From Octopus vulgaris (Eukaryota): a DNA stretch of 64,000 nucleotides. The stretch spans positions 64,914,001 to 64,978,000 of the forward strand of contig OX597821.1 of NCBI GenBank assembly GCA_951406725.2, read 5' to 3'. The notes under the pieces were generated by a model. It did no database searches and was not told where the DNA came from. It was given only the letters and a program-made list of their open reading frames with translations. Every line of letters begins with the position of its first letter. Position 1 is the first letter of the stretch. The translations under genes were made by a program, and so were the position numbers. This document shows positions 27,112 to 42,805 of the stretch, in pieces.

Positions 27112-27809
27112 CTAGCTATGGTACCTGGTAATAAATTACCGTTAATAAGATGTCTGTTGGTAGCCATGAAACATTTTTCGCCGAATTTCGACATTTTTCA
27201 AAAATTTAAAAGCTATATTAATGGGTAGGACCAATTTGACGAAAAAATTAGCAGAGTCTGGTAGCGAACGCGTGATGTCGTAATTTTTGTACAAGTGCAT
27301 AAAATGACGAAATTTTACGCTTTGAGGTAGATTTCCTCAGATTCATGTCACGACGGCTAGTGCGCAAAATGCCTAAATTTTGCTTGAGAAATAAAATGTT
27401 CTTACCTAATCAAAACCTGAAACGCTGTGAAATTGAACAACAAATTGAAATAATAAGTTTTAACAAATCGAAACAATTCGCATTGAAATGAAGAATTAGC
27501 AAATGCTAAATAGATTACCGTTAATAAGATGTCTGTTTATACCCAAGAAATATTTTTTCGTAAAATTTCGGCATTTTCGTCAAATTGTTGTCACGATAGT
27601 TAGTGCGAGAAATGCCGAAATTTTACGATATTTGAAAATTCAATTCAGATTAAAAATCGATTTTTTAAGATTCCAAGTGCGTAAGTGACCGCATGGGTAT
27701 AAGCCCCCCCCCCACACGTAACAAATTTCATCAAGGTCTGTTGGATAATCTGGGATGAGTTTAAGTTTTAAATTCACAAAAACACAGACTTGCAATTTAT
27801 TATTGTAGA
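27112..27809 (-). mobile_element. Probable non-autonomous Helitron-type element
   Basis: Minus strand A|TCTACAATAATAAA ... GGTACCATAGCTAG|T (TC...CTAG in an AT site); internal direct repeats ATTACCGTTAATAAGATGTCTGTT at about 27135 and 27514; subterminal hairpin not evident. Confidence 0.5.
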
Positions 27810-28218
27810 TGAATTATGAAATACCTGAGACTAGACATTAAGTATAACTCGAAGGAGATAAAGTTGTAAATAACAGCATGTTGAATATTAGATTTAAAAG
27901 CGCACTTGAATGACAAAACGTCTAAGCCTCTCCGATCATTTTAAACTTTATTTCGAGCTCTGCTGTTAAAACTGAAAGCTTAATATCGTTCAAACGAAGT
28001 GAAGATATACACATACACACATATGCATGTGTCTGTGTGTGGGAGGTCAAATTGCGCCGGTGTATGTACGCTTGTATGCATGTATAACAGACGAAAACTT
28101 TACAGGTGAAAGAAGTAAGAATCATTAAGGACAAAAAGCCCAAATATATATATAGCAAAAATCAATAATCAAAGAAGTATACAATGGAGAGAAATACGTC
28201 AAATGAAAGAACCGAACA

Positions 28219-28257
28219 GAATCTAACATTTCGGATAAAAATCCTTCATCAAAACAA
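28219..28257 (-). ncRNA. Degenerate minimal hammerhead motif
   Basis: rc: TTGATGA A GGAT TTTT ATCC GAAA TG TT; stem II perfect, C3 and stems I/III mutated. Confidence 0.5.
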
Positions 28258-28325
28258 GCAAAGCAGTTAAGAAAGTTATGAAAGGGAGGAAAATATACAT
28301 GTCAGTCTTAAGCTAGAAGTATGAA

Positions 28326-28391
<66 letters not shown>

Positions 28392-28874
28392 CGTGGGTAC
28401 ATGCATATTTGTATGTGTGCATAATTGCTAGAAGATAATAAATGTATGAGAATATCTCAAATTTAGTTACACAACATGAAAATAATATGCGAAATCTTAT
28501 CTCGTGGAAAACAAAAATCTGTATCGCTTCACCTTTAGTACGGCTGTTAACATAACGAAGAATCTGTTTACAAATTTACAGTCACTAAAATGAAGTCGAT
28601 CTAAATTATTACACAAGAGCATTGTTACATTATTTGTTAGCAAGAAATTTGTGGACAGCTGCATTACTGGTGTTTACCAGCATATGTATGTATATACGTG
28701 TGTGTGTAAGTTTGTATATATAGATAATATATATACATACATATAATATATATATATGTATACATAATATGTGTTTATGTGTATACATAAATATAGAGAT
28801 AAGTAACTAGAATATGTATGTATGCATGTATGCATATATATATATATACATGTATATATATATATGTATGCATG

Positions 28875-28922
<48 letters not shown>

Positions 28923-29155
28923 GACAGACAGACAGACAAGCAGAAAGAGATATAATGAGAGACAGTGAGATGTATATATTCGTATATAATATGTGCATAT
29001 ATATGTATAGATATATATATACAGATATAGACATATATGTATATATGTAGATGTGTTTATGTGTATGGGTGGGTGCTTATATGTATATCTATGTCTCCCT
29101 CTCTCTATATATATATATATCTCTGTCTGTCTCTGTCTGTCTCTCTCTCTCTTTC

Positions 29156-29193
<38 letters not shown>

Positions 29194-29679
29194 GAAATAC
29201 AGAAATATATATATACAAGTAAAACATACCTGCATATATGTTATATATGTATGTATGTATATATGTATGTATGTATGTATGCATGTATGTATGTATGTAT
29301 GCATGTATGTATGCATGTATGTATGTATGTATGTATGGATAATTCATCCAAGTGGAGAACGTGTACTTTTTGTTTGATATATCGAAATTCATCTTCTAAT
29401 CTCAAAAGAATAAATATTCTTAGTACTACAAATTTGCGACTTTCAAAGAAAAGAGGAGATAATTTTCAAGCTACCGAAAGTTACTATTACTAAAAGTTCA
29501 ATGCTCCAGCCGTTGGTGTTTCCCCAACGGCATCGCTACTAATATTGAGCTGGAACTATTAAACAGAAATCATCTAATCTTTGACAGCAATTTCAGTGTC
29601 ACGGATATGTTTCTCTATCCTTAGAAATTGAAGCACAATGTACGGAAGACAATTTTATTGAGTAAAGTGGTTTTCTTAT

Positions 29680-29893
29680 AGGCAGAGGTGTGGCTGTGTG
29701 GTAGGAAGTTTGCTTCCTAACAATATGTTTCAGGTTTCAATTCCATTCTGTTACAATTTGGTCTTATACTATATCTGCAGGCCGACATAATCATTCTGAG
29801 TTGATTTGGGAGAGAGAAACTGAAAGAAGCCCGTCCTATATATAAATAGATATGTATCTATATATGTATGTCTTTGCGTTTGTGTGTGAGTGT

Positions 29894-29968
<75 letters not shown>

Positions 29969-30170
29969 TGTGTGTGAGTATGTGTGTCTCTCTCCACCTC
30001 CTACTGACACCGCAGTCTTGCTGTTCGGCAAAAGACACCGATGGAATAACATCCAGGTGTTAAAAAATGTATTTTGGTTTCATTCGTTCGAGTAAAACCC
30101 TTCGAAACTGTGCTTTATCACGCTCACAGTCTAAAGACTGAATCAAGAAAAAATTAAAGGATTAAGCATA
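29680..30170 (+). mobile_element. Diverged SINE family B with (TG)n core
   Basis: Head TGGCTGTGTGGTAGGAAG and GAAACTGAAAGAAGCCCGTC blocks. Confidence 0.7.
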
Positions 30171-30554
30171 ATCATAGAATGAAAGCTACAGTAAATCATT
30201 CAAAACAGCCAATGGGATAAACTTAGGTAACTTGCGTTTATAGGTTTCTATTAAATAATATACAATGGAGATTGCAAATACACAGAATTGCCTCATAGTT
30301 AGTCAAAATACCAGACCCAAATGAAAAATGATCGCAACTCTCAAGGAAAAGGGGAGATAATTTTATCAAGACAGGACACAGCAAATTAAAGGAAAATCTG
30401 TCTTTTTTTTAAATTATATTTATTTTTTAACATAAAATTTGACAGCGGCAGATGCATTTCATTGAGGAATATTTGCGTTCGAAGTTTCTAAACTATTATT
30501 CTTAAGGATTCATTTTCTTACACATATGTATTTATGCATACGCACATAGAAGTA

Positions 30555-30604
<50 letters not shown>

Positions 30605-30804
30605 ATCATGTGACCGACGAGTCCATCAGATGTATTTATACATCGCTGGTCACAATGCGTTCGCATTGTTTTAGCCTTCGAATGACGCCACCCCGCTGGC
30701 TAAGCGAGCAGGCCAATATATATATATATATATATATATATCGCCATGTTGAATCGCTAGCTTCTGCACGCATTTTTTTTCTCTCCGTGTTTCTTTTCTG
30801 TGTA

Positions 30805-30842
30805 TCTTTCTGTTGAAGAGCGTAGACTCGAAACGTAAAAGA
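30805..30842 (+). ncRNA. Minimal hammerhead-like motif (core CUGUUGA) in an about 200-bp (TA)n-embedded element (30742-30940)
   Basis: TCTTT CTGTTGA A GAG CGTAGA CTC GAAA CG TA AAAGA; second family copy at 41670-41860. Confidence 0.6.
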
Positions 30843-31045
30843 CTTGTTTTATTTATATTCCTGAGCGCCATACTAATACAATTGTTTGTTTGTACTCCAC
30901 CTGCCTTCGTCTTTTGTTTATTTTCATAAAGCTTCCCGTTATATATATATATATAAACACACACACACACATATATATATGCATGCATACATATGTGAAT
31001 ATATGTGCGCGCGTGTTAGTGTAAACATATATACACATCTATCTA

Positions 31046-31084
<39 letters not shown>

Positions 31085-31440
31085 TGAAACACACACATAC
31101 ATGCCCACACAAATATATACGCACGCATGTATTTCATATTTCTTATTTCTTTATGTACACAGGCACATACATTTTAATATTAATATAATATATATATATA
31201 TGTATGTATCTGTGTGTTTATGTATATATATATATATATATATCCGTAAAATATACAAATATATATGTATATCATACAAGTTCCTGTAGCTGTGGAACTG
31301 TTGTCGCTTCTACAGAAGAGACCGTTGCAATCTACTCTTTCCGATACAACTGCTATTGTTGTTCTTGTTTCCGTCTTTTTTTTTTCGTTATTAATATATT
31401 TGTACTGCCGCTGAAAATTATAATTATTGATATCCATATC

Positions 31441-31480
<40 letters not shown>

Positions 31481-31823
31481 GACAGACGCACACACTCACG
31501 CATGAAGAGATAGGAATATTAATAACAATAATATATCTAAAGGATAATGGAGACAACGAAGGAAAAAAAAATACAGAAAATCGTTTTGCTCAGAGATATA
31601 TGTTATATATAATAAAATTGCAGTAAATATATATTGTATTTCTTGATTTTAATGCATATTTTATAGTTTTTGTGAATATTCTATTTCTTTCGATGACATC
31701 CTTTGCTGCTATTACGGTATTTCGTAGTTTGACTTTCGTCTCCAATTACCTTTTCAAATACATTATTAACATCGCAAATTACATTTTTTTTCATTCTAAT
31801 TTATTTGAAGTATACATACATAC

Positions 31824-31876
<53 letters not shown>

Positions 31877-32546
31877 ATAATATATATATTCTTGTTCTGT
31901 TTGTGATACCCGACGCCTTAGGATTTTTTTTTTTTTATTATTCGTCTCAAGAATCGTTGACATCTAATTAACTAACATTCATATATTTCTTTTCTTTTAC
32001 ATATCGGCTAAAAGACTGTAGAATCTACAACACGTTGGATTGTGGTATTTATTTGCTCAAGCTCTTAACGTGTTTTCAGTTCGATTCCCGCTCAGCTCAA
32101 CTTAATTTTTCATCAAAACTACATTTATACAATTAAGTACAGCATCAGGGAAAGTACCCTTGGTAAATTAAGAGAGTTAACTTGAGTATATCGTTCCCTA
32201 AAATAGTGGTCTATGTTTCAGAAAACAGTATTCTCTTAGCCTTTTTCCTAGTCATTAGACTGCGGCCTTGTTGGCTACATTTTAGTCGAACGAATTACGG
32301 CCAATACTTACATTTTAAAGCCTAGTATTTATTCAATCAGTCTCCTGAACCGGATCTCTAAGTCACGGGGACGTAAACACAACCCAGGTTGTCAATCGGT
32401 GATGGGGACACACACAGGCCTAAAGACACACACATGTACATAGTTATATATGGTGGAGAGCTGTATTTCCGTCTACCAAATCCACTAACAAGTTTTTGCT
32501 TAGCTTATGGTTGTAGTTGAAGTCCCTTGCACGCCTGTTGTTGTTG

Positions 32547-32617
<71 letters not shown>

Positions 32618-32618
<1 letters not shown>

Positions 32619-32755
32619 GGCGGTGAGCTGGCAGGATCGTTAGCACGCCGGAAGTAATGCTTTGCGGTATTTACACGTGGCTACGTTCTGAGTTCAAATT
32701 CACCCGAGGTTGATTTCAACTTTCATCCTTTCGGGGTCGATAAATTAAGTACCGA
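32618..32755 (+). mobile_element. SINE family A after (ATT)n
   Basis: AGGCGGTGAGCTGGCAGGATCGTTAG head and central block. Confidence 0.8.
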
Positions 32756-32934
32756 TTATTTCCAATCAATGAGCCTGTCACGGACATGAATATAATAGTC
32801 TTTTTAAGTAGTTCTTGTATGATCTGCACTCTCTTCCGATATAGCTTTTCTGTTTTATTATGATTCTACGAACTACCATATTGCTACTGGACTGTACTTA
32901 TGCAGGAAGTCTCACAGTGAATTCGAGTGATCTT

Positions 32935-34034
<1,100 letters not shown>

Positions 34035-34404
34035 TTCGCTAAAGTTTCTACTTAACTCTTTCAGCCATCTTTACTTTCGATCCTCCAACGATGAAGAAAG
34101 GGAGATTTCAATTTTGTCATCGGTAACAACATTTCCTCATGTTTCTCTCTGGAGCACAACATTTTGGATCGGCTAAAGAAACATTTTTTTTATATGGTAT
34201 GCAATTGTTCTCACAACGTATTGTTTCCTTTAATTATTGAGCAGTACCCATCATTAACTTCAGCGCTGAGGATTTTTTTTTTTGTTAATCAAATCTATCC
34301 CAGTACTTTCTTTCGAAGTCTGGCATATTCTGTCTGTATTATTTTGCCGAACTGTTACTTTACAGGAACTTCTCTTTGTCAAGCAGTTAGAGATAAACAT
34401 GAAG

Positions 34405-34700
34405 ATGCATACATATACCAATAATAACTGGAGTACTAGGTTTTGTTAGTAAATGTTTAAAGGATAATCTGGATAAACTGGAATTTTCAGAAAGAGGAAT
34501 CGACCGACTGTTTCGTACAAGTGCAACCTGTGAGTGGAACAGTAAAAATATGCAAGACTTTTCTCAAATTCCAAAAGTGTATTTGTCTTTGTTAACTACA
34601 TCCCCAAAATGGAGCCTTGTATTTTTGTTGGAAACCGGTTCCCTCCTCAGTGGGCGATTTATAATAATTAAAAAATAGAAGAGACATACAAATACATACA
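34405..34700 (+). mobile_element. R4/Dong-like RLE retrotransposon 3' relic
   Basis: IPIITGVLGFVSKCLKDNLDKLEFSERGIDRLFRT/VQPVSGTVKICKTFLKFQ; ends in (CATA)n. Confidence 0.7.
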
Positions 34701-34795
34701 TACAAACTTATCTACATCCATCCATCCGTCCATCCATCCATCCATCCATACATACATACATACATAATCCTGACATATGCACACATACATACATA

Positions 34796-35345
34796 CATGG
34801 TGGCTGCCCCCTCATTATCGAGTATGGCTATCGCACGAAGCTTAATCAATGTTGTTATCGTGCAATGCCTGTGCAAGAAGATTTTTTTAAAGTGAGGGAA
34901 GGCTGTGCACTGAGTCAATCCCACTCACTAAGCAACATCATGATCCGAAAAGAAGAAGAAGTCAACATCATCGATAACCACTGAGCCGCAGGTTTTATGT
35001 CGGAGTTATCCCAGTTATCTGAGTTACCTTCTCCTAGAAGGATGCCCTAATAAACGCTAGGAGTCTTTCATTCCAAATGGTTTAACTGCGCGATCGGGTA
35101 TTCAGTCCGATTATTTCTGTTTCCGCGCATGATACAGCCTTAAGACATTTATTGGATGGCCGCTGACACTCAAGAATTCCTCCGCTCTTTGACGGGTTTT
35201 GTTTTTCATCCCGTAGGGTGTCAGATAAACATCCTCCTCACCAAGTAAGCTTGGTGGGGTTGCCAGTTTAGTCGCCGACGACCCGACCATGCAACAGGTT
35301 GTACTGGGTTACATGTTACCAGCAGCACTCGAAAGTGACCTGACA
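34796..35345 (-). mobile_element. Probable RTE-derived non-autonomous element in (CATA)n
   Basis: GAGTTACCTTCTCCTAG block recalls RTE 5' UTR (rc); GC-richer than flanks; both ends in (CATA)n; family assignment from memory only. Confidence 0.4.
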
Positions 35346-38249
35346 TAACATAACATACATACATAACATACATACATACATACATACATACATACATACA
35401 TACATACATACATACATACATACATACATACATACTAAAAGGCAGCTAAGCAATTCCAGTTTCCGTCGGACTCATCGTACGATACTTTAGCCAAGTGATT
35501 TTTTTTTGTCATAGTCTTGTGCTGAATCATTCGCTGCAAGAGAAATTGTTTAAAAACTTTGGATGGATTGATTTTTTTTTATTGAAGTTGTCAGCCCCAT
35601 CTCATACTAATCCCGCCAGGTGATTACATTAAGGGTACCACTTCCTGTTGCATACACAATCACTTATGTTATAATCACTTCAGTAGATCACACAGCTAAA
35701 TGTTCATAGCGAATTCACTCCCTTTATGCCTCAGTATATCCATGCAAAACGGTCAATCCTGATTGAGAGATTTATAATAGTAAATAAATAGAAGAGATAA
35801 ACACACATACATACACACACACTACGTACATACATATATACCTACATTAGTATATACATATACATACATACATACATACATACATACATACATACATACA
35901 TACATACTACGTACGTACGCACGTTCATACATGCACAAATATCATTAATCGATCCTGGGTTATAGAGCTATGGGGTCTATAGGCTATATACGCTTACTCA
36001 GAGTACTGTGCGGTGGAACTGGACCAGAAACCACGGCTTTCAGAAGCTTAGCCATACGGCCATTTTAAACAAGCAGCATTGTACATATTGTTTCCTTAGT
36101 CAATAAAGAAAAGAAATTCTTTTTATCTCATCTTGCTATTCCGCTATTTTTGACTATCAATGTAGTCTTCACTGAATGTATGTGAGTGTGTGTTCGTGCG
36201 TTGTTCCATTGATTTTCTTTTCTTTTTTTTTTCAACAAATAGAAAGGAGCCAATTCGTAATAGATTTCTGAAATGGTATTTATACAGTATTCAGTCTACA
36301 GAAATGGCTATTTTACGCTTCTTGATGTTGCATGACGACAGTGCTCAGTACGAGAACAAGCGTTAATGTTGCACCAATAAAATGATGTGACAATAAAAAG
36401 TTCTTCTTGCAAGTCGCATTTTATTGACACATTAAACAATCCAAGGGATTAATCTGACTTTCTAAATATCTGACTTATCATCCCTCATACATTTACATTT
36501 GTCTCAAATTATATATTCTATATTTACTTTTTACCGTTCTTTTTCGCAAATTTTTGGAAGCCACATTGGATCTATGTATGATGATTATTGTGCAGTTATA
36601 ACGTTCGTTCTTGTACGCAGAACAAGCGGCAGTTTAGATAACTCACGCTGCTCCAACAGAGCCACAATAAATAAAGACCTCGGAAATATCTTCCAAAGGG
36701 GTCATAATAATCTAGTCTCTTTCAACTGCACGAATACATAGTCAACGCTCATATCAAGGAAAGAATATTATACCTCTTCTCCTGGAATTTTGAATAAAAC
36801 GCTCGTAATATTTTCAAAGTTCCTACAAATGTTATGCTTTATAAGCTCTGGTGCACACGTTCCGCACATAAGCACATGGAAACACATGTTTCCATAATAC
36901 ATACATACAATCATACATACATACATACACATATATATTATACTATATAATATATAGTATAATATATTTGTATATATATTATACTATATATTATATATAT
37001 TATTTTTATATTATCTTATATCATTATATTATATTATATTGCATGTGAAAAAGAAGAAAATGTACGTGTGAAAGAAGGAGGAATGTCGAAAAGATTAATA
37101 CTGTACAAAGACTGCTGAAAGAAGCTGCGATCAGTTTCATATATGACCATAACAAATGTTACACTTTGGATGTTATTTACAAAAACAGTAAGATAAAAAT
37201 CAATCCATGCATATTTGATACTAACGGAATATGTCTTGTCATATATCGATATTTTTTCACTAAGTATTTGCGCTAGAACCTAAAGGTTATAGGGCACGAA
37301 ATTGTTTTAAATTTCTCTTGGTGATTATTGCTATGTATTGCTCTAGAACTCTCTCCGCATTTTGTTCTTAACAACAATACCATTCAGGATTATATGTTAA
37401 AAAAATTCCTTCAGAAAAATTCAACGTTCTAGGAAACCATAGAATATTTGGCTCCGAATAATTATCTTTCTGCTAATTCCTTAGACTAATACTTTCTTTA
37501 AAACCTTTGACTGCTGTTTAAGGGACTTATTACTGTTATTTTTATATGGTGGAAAGGTGACAGTTACGTGCTTCAGTAATTAAGTCCAGAGTTCTAACAC
37601 TGTTACAAATATATACATAGGTATATTTATTTTTATATATCCACAATTTGTCGTATTTCTTTAATTTCTGTTCAATTTTTGGAACTTATGTTTTGGTGTA
37701 ACGTTACGCACGCTTCTTATTTCTTATATATATATTAACTTACAATTATCATCATCATCATCTTTCCAGGCCACACATTAGAGCTAGCGGACATGTTCCT
37801 AGCATTAGGGAACAAAAGTCGCTATTAAAAACAGAAAACGAAAAAGGAAAATGCAAGAAGCAAAAAAGTAAAAGAGTTATCTTCCTTAGAACTTAAATTT
37901 TAAAGCTAGAAATATAACAAGTTAATCAGACATATGCGGAATTTTCCATTTCTTCAAATTCTGCCTCATATAAATCAGATTTAATCAGACATCATCAGTC
38001 ATACATCGAGACCTAGGGCCCTGTCCACCTGACAACCAATGTATGACTAAATCTGTCATATATAATGCAGAAGTTAGTGCAATGCCCAAGACTTTTCCAT
38101 TCCTAACTTGTCATGTCAAGTTTAAGCATCACGGAAGCACTGGTTGAATTGAACTCGAACACGAGTAGTGAAACATTTCTCCTATCTGACAAATTGCGAT
38201 GCTCGAAGTACTAAAAACCATCTCTTCTTACTGATCGTCAAAGTAATAC

Positions 38250-38512
38250 ATTCGTTGTACACATCGCTGGTCACAATGCGTTTCACATTGTTTTAGCTAG
38301 CTTTGGAATAACGCCGCATCGCTGGCTAGACGATCAGGCAAACATTCCTCACTGATAGGAAGGTATTTCTATGGCGAGGTTATGCAATTATATCTGATTA
38401 TATCTGTGTAGACCGAAACAAAGAGAAATGAAATGTTTTGTTCAAGGGCACAAGACGCCGCCCGGTCTAGCCATTGTGAGTGCATTGCCTTAATCACTAA
38501 ATCACGCACCTT
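38250..38512 (-). mobile_element. Third SINE family (C), diverged
   Basis: ACATCGCTGGTCACAATGCGTT..CATTGTTTTAGC block shared with 30640-30715; tRNA/CORE-like remnant at the 38440-38512 end. Confidence 0.5.
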
Positions 38513-38589
38513 CACTCTCTCTCTCCCTCTCTCACTCTGTCACATACATATTTGCACACACGCGTACACGCACGCACGCACGCGCGTAT

Positions 38590-39235
38590 TTATGTATATC
38601 TCTTCTATTTTTAATTGCCATAAATCTCCCACTGAGGAAGGAGCCAGTTTCTAACAAAGAATCAAGGATCCATCTTTGGGATGTAGTTAATAAAGTCAAA
38701 TTCACATTTGGGACTTGAGAAAAGTTTTGCATACTTTTACTGTTCCACTCACAGATTGCACTTGTAATGTACGAAGTAACCGGTCGATTTCTCTTTCTAA
38801 GAATCGCAGTTTATCCTGATTCTCCTTTAAGGATTTACTAACAAAACCTAGTGCTCCAATTATTATTTGTATGAATATGAATTCATAGTCTGGATACAAA
38901 AGCTGGAGATTTTGAAGCAGTTCTCCATAGATATCCTCTCTTTCTTTGATTTCCTACCACAAACAACAATATCCGACCTGTTATGCTTCCATTTGACAGA
39001 CGTTTTCATGGGAATATTCTACCAGTATTCCTTGAGATGGTGTTTATGAATTATTCCGTAGCAGAGGGATTTCGTAAGTTTATTTCAGGAGTGTCTTTTT
39101 GCGGATGGCATTGTGAATTGTTTTAGCAACAACATCGTGCCGCATATGGAGGTAGTACAGTGGCGCCATTTGAGGACGGCCACTAATCACATGCGTGTTG
39201 TCTTACTCAGAAACATGTCAAACTTCACATGCGGT
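38590..39235 (-). pseudogene. R4/Dong-like non-LTR retrotransposon C-terminus (CCHC knuckle + restriction-like endonuclease), degraded
   Basis: THVISG(R)PQMAPLYYLHMRHDVVAKTIHNAIR ... KHNRSDIVV ... YPDYEFIFIQIIIGALGFVSKSL...VSGTVKVCKTFLK, with stops, frameshifts and a deletion. Confidence 0.8.
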
Positions 39236-39570
39236 TTTATGTATGTATGTGTACATAATTATGCGCAGGCGTGTGGTATGAATGTTTATATGACTGTGCA
39301 CGTTCATAGATGTTTAGGCATACTGGAAAGCCGCGAAAAAATCTTTATGACTCCTATCCAGATATTTTTATGTCAAGGTTTAGTTATACTCTCGTACAAA
39401 GCGTACGTATTTCTATGCGCTACTTCCAGGTTTGTATAAGTTTGCGCTATGAAATCCATGTGTAAAGATCACTTATTATGCAGCTTGTGGGCATTAACTT
39501 TTTACATGATTGGAAGTAAGATGTGTTTATGTACGGACACATGCATTAATAGGCATGTGTGTGTATGTGT

Positions 39571-39608
<38 letters not shown>

Positions 39609-40203
39609 GTGTGTGTGTGTGAGTGTGAAAAATTGCTGCTGTCTTTCACTATGAATAAAATGACAATTAGCACAGGATTTAACTGGATCTTTTAGCAAAT
39701 AGAAGATTAATCTTAAGTTAATTATAACATGCCATTCGTTGGCATAACGCATACAGACTCACACGCAGAATCACCTGAGCGCACAGTGGTAGAAACATAC
39801 ACACCTCTCTACATGCCATACACCTCTCTATATCTGTACATATGCATACATGCATATTTACATATAGACAAATACATATACATATATATATGGACACACA
39901 CACGCACATACACACACACACTCACACACGAACACATACACTCCTGCAATCCCATGCACACGATCACACAATTTTACACACTGCAATGAAAATGGCTTTC
40001 CTGTTATTCGGTAGATCTGCATAGACAACATGCATGTGCATAATATCAAAGCAGAAATACATGAGGCACACAGGCTCGGGTACAACGTACAAAAATGAAA
40101 CCTCGGCTACATATATATGCATACATACATACGTACGTACACACACATGTATATATCTATATATCAATATATATATATAAATACATGCATGTATCTAAAT
40201 ACG

Positions 40204-40251
<48 letters not shown>

Positions 40252-40391
40252 CATATATACACATATATTTATACACACATATATATAGAGAGAGAGACAG
40301 AGAAAGAGTGAGAGAGGAAGACTGAGAGAGAGTGTGTATCTATACTTTCATACACGCATAACTATCTATCTATCTATCTATCTCTATCTAT

Positions 40392-40436
<45 letters not shown>

Positions 40437-40575
40437 AAATAGGGACTGAACACGAAAAGTGGACAGTCAACATGCTAGATATAGACGTCAAATCGCCATT
40501 CTCCACAAAGATTATGTTCTCAAATAAAACTCAACCCAAAACCAAAGCAATAAACAAGACAAATGAAAATATACG

Positions 40576-40638
<63 letters not shown>

Positions 40639-41527
40639 CATATATACCTATATATATATATTAATATATATATATAAGTATATGTGTGTGAGGATATGTG
40701 TGTTTCTGTTTGTGAGTATCTATGTACATATTCTGTAGAGGTAGATTGATAATTATTTATCTATATACGGCTCTATACACGTAAATACGTATGTAAACAC
40801 GGACAGTGTAACAGACATCGAACAGGGATACATACACACACATAAACACAGAGACAGACCTATGCATATGTATATATATATATTCATACACACATGTATG
40901 CAAATACATATATAAACTTAAATATGTGTGTGTTTATAACATATATATCTATATGTGTATATATATATATATATATTATATGCATACATACACATTTGCG
41001 CAAAGATAACACATAGGCTGGCTGAGTTAAAGTTTGTTGAAGACAACATATCTTTTTCTAACGGACAGTAATTGTGACCAGACTAACCTTCGACCTATAA
41101 ACATAGAATCAGCTAGTTTGTGAGAAGAAAATGTCAAAGAATTCATATTGACAGTCATCTGTCAATGTTTTCTTTGCTATTTTATCTTCACTAAGCGGCC
41201 ACATAATCAGGTTGATACCGAAAATGTCACGTGGTACAACAACATTATTATATTTTATACTGGATTTGTTGATCTTTTTTTTTCTTAGTTAGTGTCTCGA
41301 ATTCGTATGCTTTGATTTCTTGTATTTTTTTTTAGGTTTATTTTTGCACATTGTTTTCTGTAGCAAATTCTTCGTCAATTTTTATCTATCTGTCTGTGTT
41401 TTTGAATATCTTGTTTATTTCTCTCGCGCGCTGCTCAGTAGTCATTTGTACTCGTTTGTGTGTACGAGGGTACACGTTAGTGTGTGCCTGCATACATGTG
41501 TTAAGTATTTATTTATTTATGCTATGC

Positions 41528-41588
<61 letters not shown>

Positions 41589-41764
41589 TATGTGTGTGTG
41601 TGTATGTATGTACATGCATATATACATATTGCGTATATTCATAAAATAGGTGCATATATATATATATATAGGGAGAGTTTACGAAAAAAAAAAAAAAAAA
41701 GACGAAGACAGGTGGTGTACAAAACAAACAGATGTATTAGTATAACGCTCAGGAATAGAAAAAG

Positions 41765-41802
41765 TCTTTTACGTTTCGAGCCTACGCTCTTCTGCAGAAA
41801 AG
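41765..41802 (-). ncRNA. Minimal hammerhead-like motif (core CUGCAGA) in element 41670-41860
   Basis: rc: CTTTT CTGCAGA A GAGC GTAG GCTC GAAA CG TA AAAGA. Confidence 0.6.
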
Positions 41803-42007
41803 GACACAGAAAACAAGGAGAGAAAAATGTGTGTAGTAGCTAACGATCTATCATGGCGTCTGCATATATATATATATATATGTATGTATGTATATATACA
41901 TATATGTATGTATATATACATATATGTATGTATATATACATATATATATATATATGTATATTTACATACATATATGTACTTAAATGTATATATATGTATG
42001 TATATTC

Positions 42008-42363
42008 CCTTTTACTCTTTTACACGTTTCAGTCATTTGTCAGCGGCCATGCTGCAGCACCGCCTTTAGTCGAAGAAATCGACCTCGGGACACGTTCTTT
42101 GCAAGCCTAGTACTTATTCAATCGGTTTCTTTTACCGAATCGCTAATTTTCGAAGACATAAACACAACAACATCGGTTGTCAAGTGGAGGGAGACAAACA
42201 CAAACTCAAAGACGCGCGCGCACGCAACAGGCTTCTTTCAGTTTTCGTCTACCAAATCCACTCACAAGGCTTTGGTCAGCCCGAGGCTATGGCCACTATA
42301 GTATAGTGGGACTGAACTTGGAACCATATGGTTGGGAAGAAAACTTCTTACAATACAGCCACA

Positions 42364-42366
<3 letters not shown>
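42008..42366 (-). mobile_element. SINE family B
   Basis: Tail, body and head all recognisable. Confidence 0.85.
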
Positions 42367-42442
<76 letters not shown>

Positions 42443-42578
42443 TCTTATATCTTTTTATATGCATGACAAACGTAATTCATATGAAGTGCATGAATAGACA
42501 AATGCTTAATCAAGCACATATATTCAGACGCTCACTCATATGTGTGTGTGCGTGTGTTTTATTCATCTCTGCACGTAC

Positions 42579-42627
<49 letters not shown>

Positions 42628-42723
42628 TATCTATCTATCTATTTATGTATCTATCAATACATACATACAGAGAAATAAACAGTCAGACAAACACACAGTT
42701 AGGTAGATAAATAGATAGATAGG

Positions 42724-42765
<42 letters not shown>

Positions 42766-42771
42766 TATACA

Positions 42772-42805
<34 letters not shown>

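Noticed and set aside
29440-30375. Two related minus-strand motifs CTTGA-AA(A)TTATCTCC-CTTTTC-TTGA-AGT-GC (29440-29475, 30330-30372)
   Set aside because: Shared repeat fragment with a U3-A8-like start but no stem II pairing
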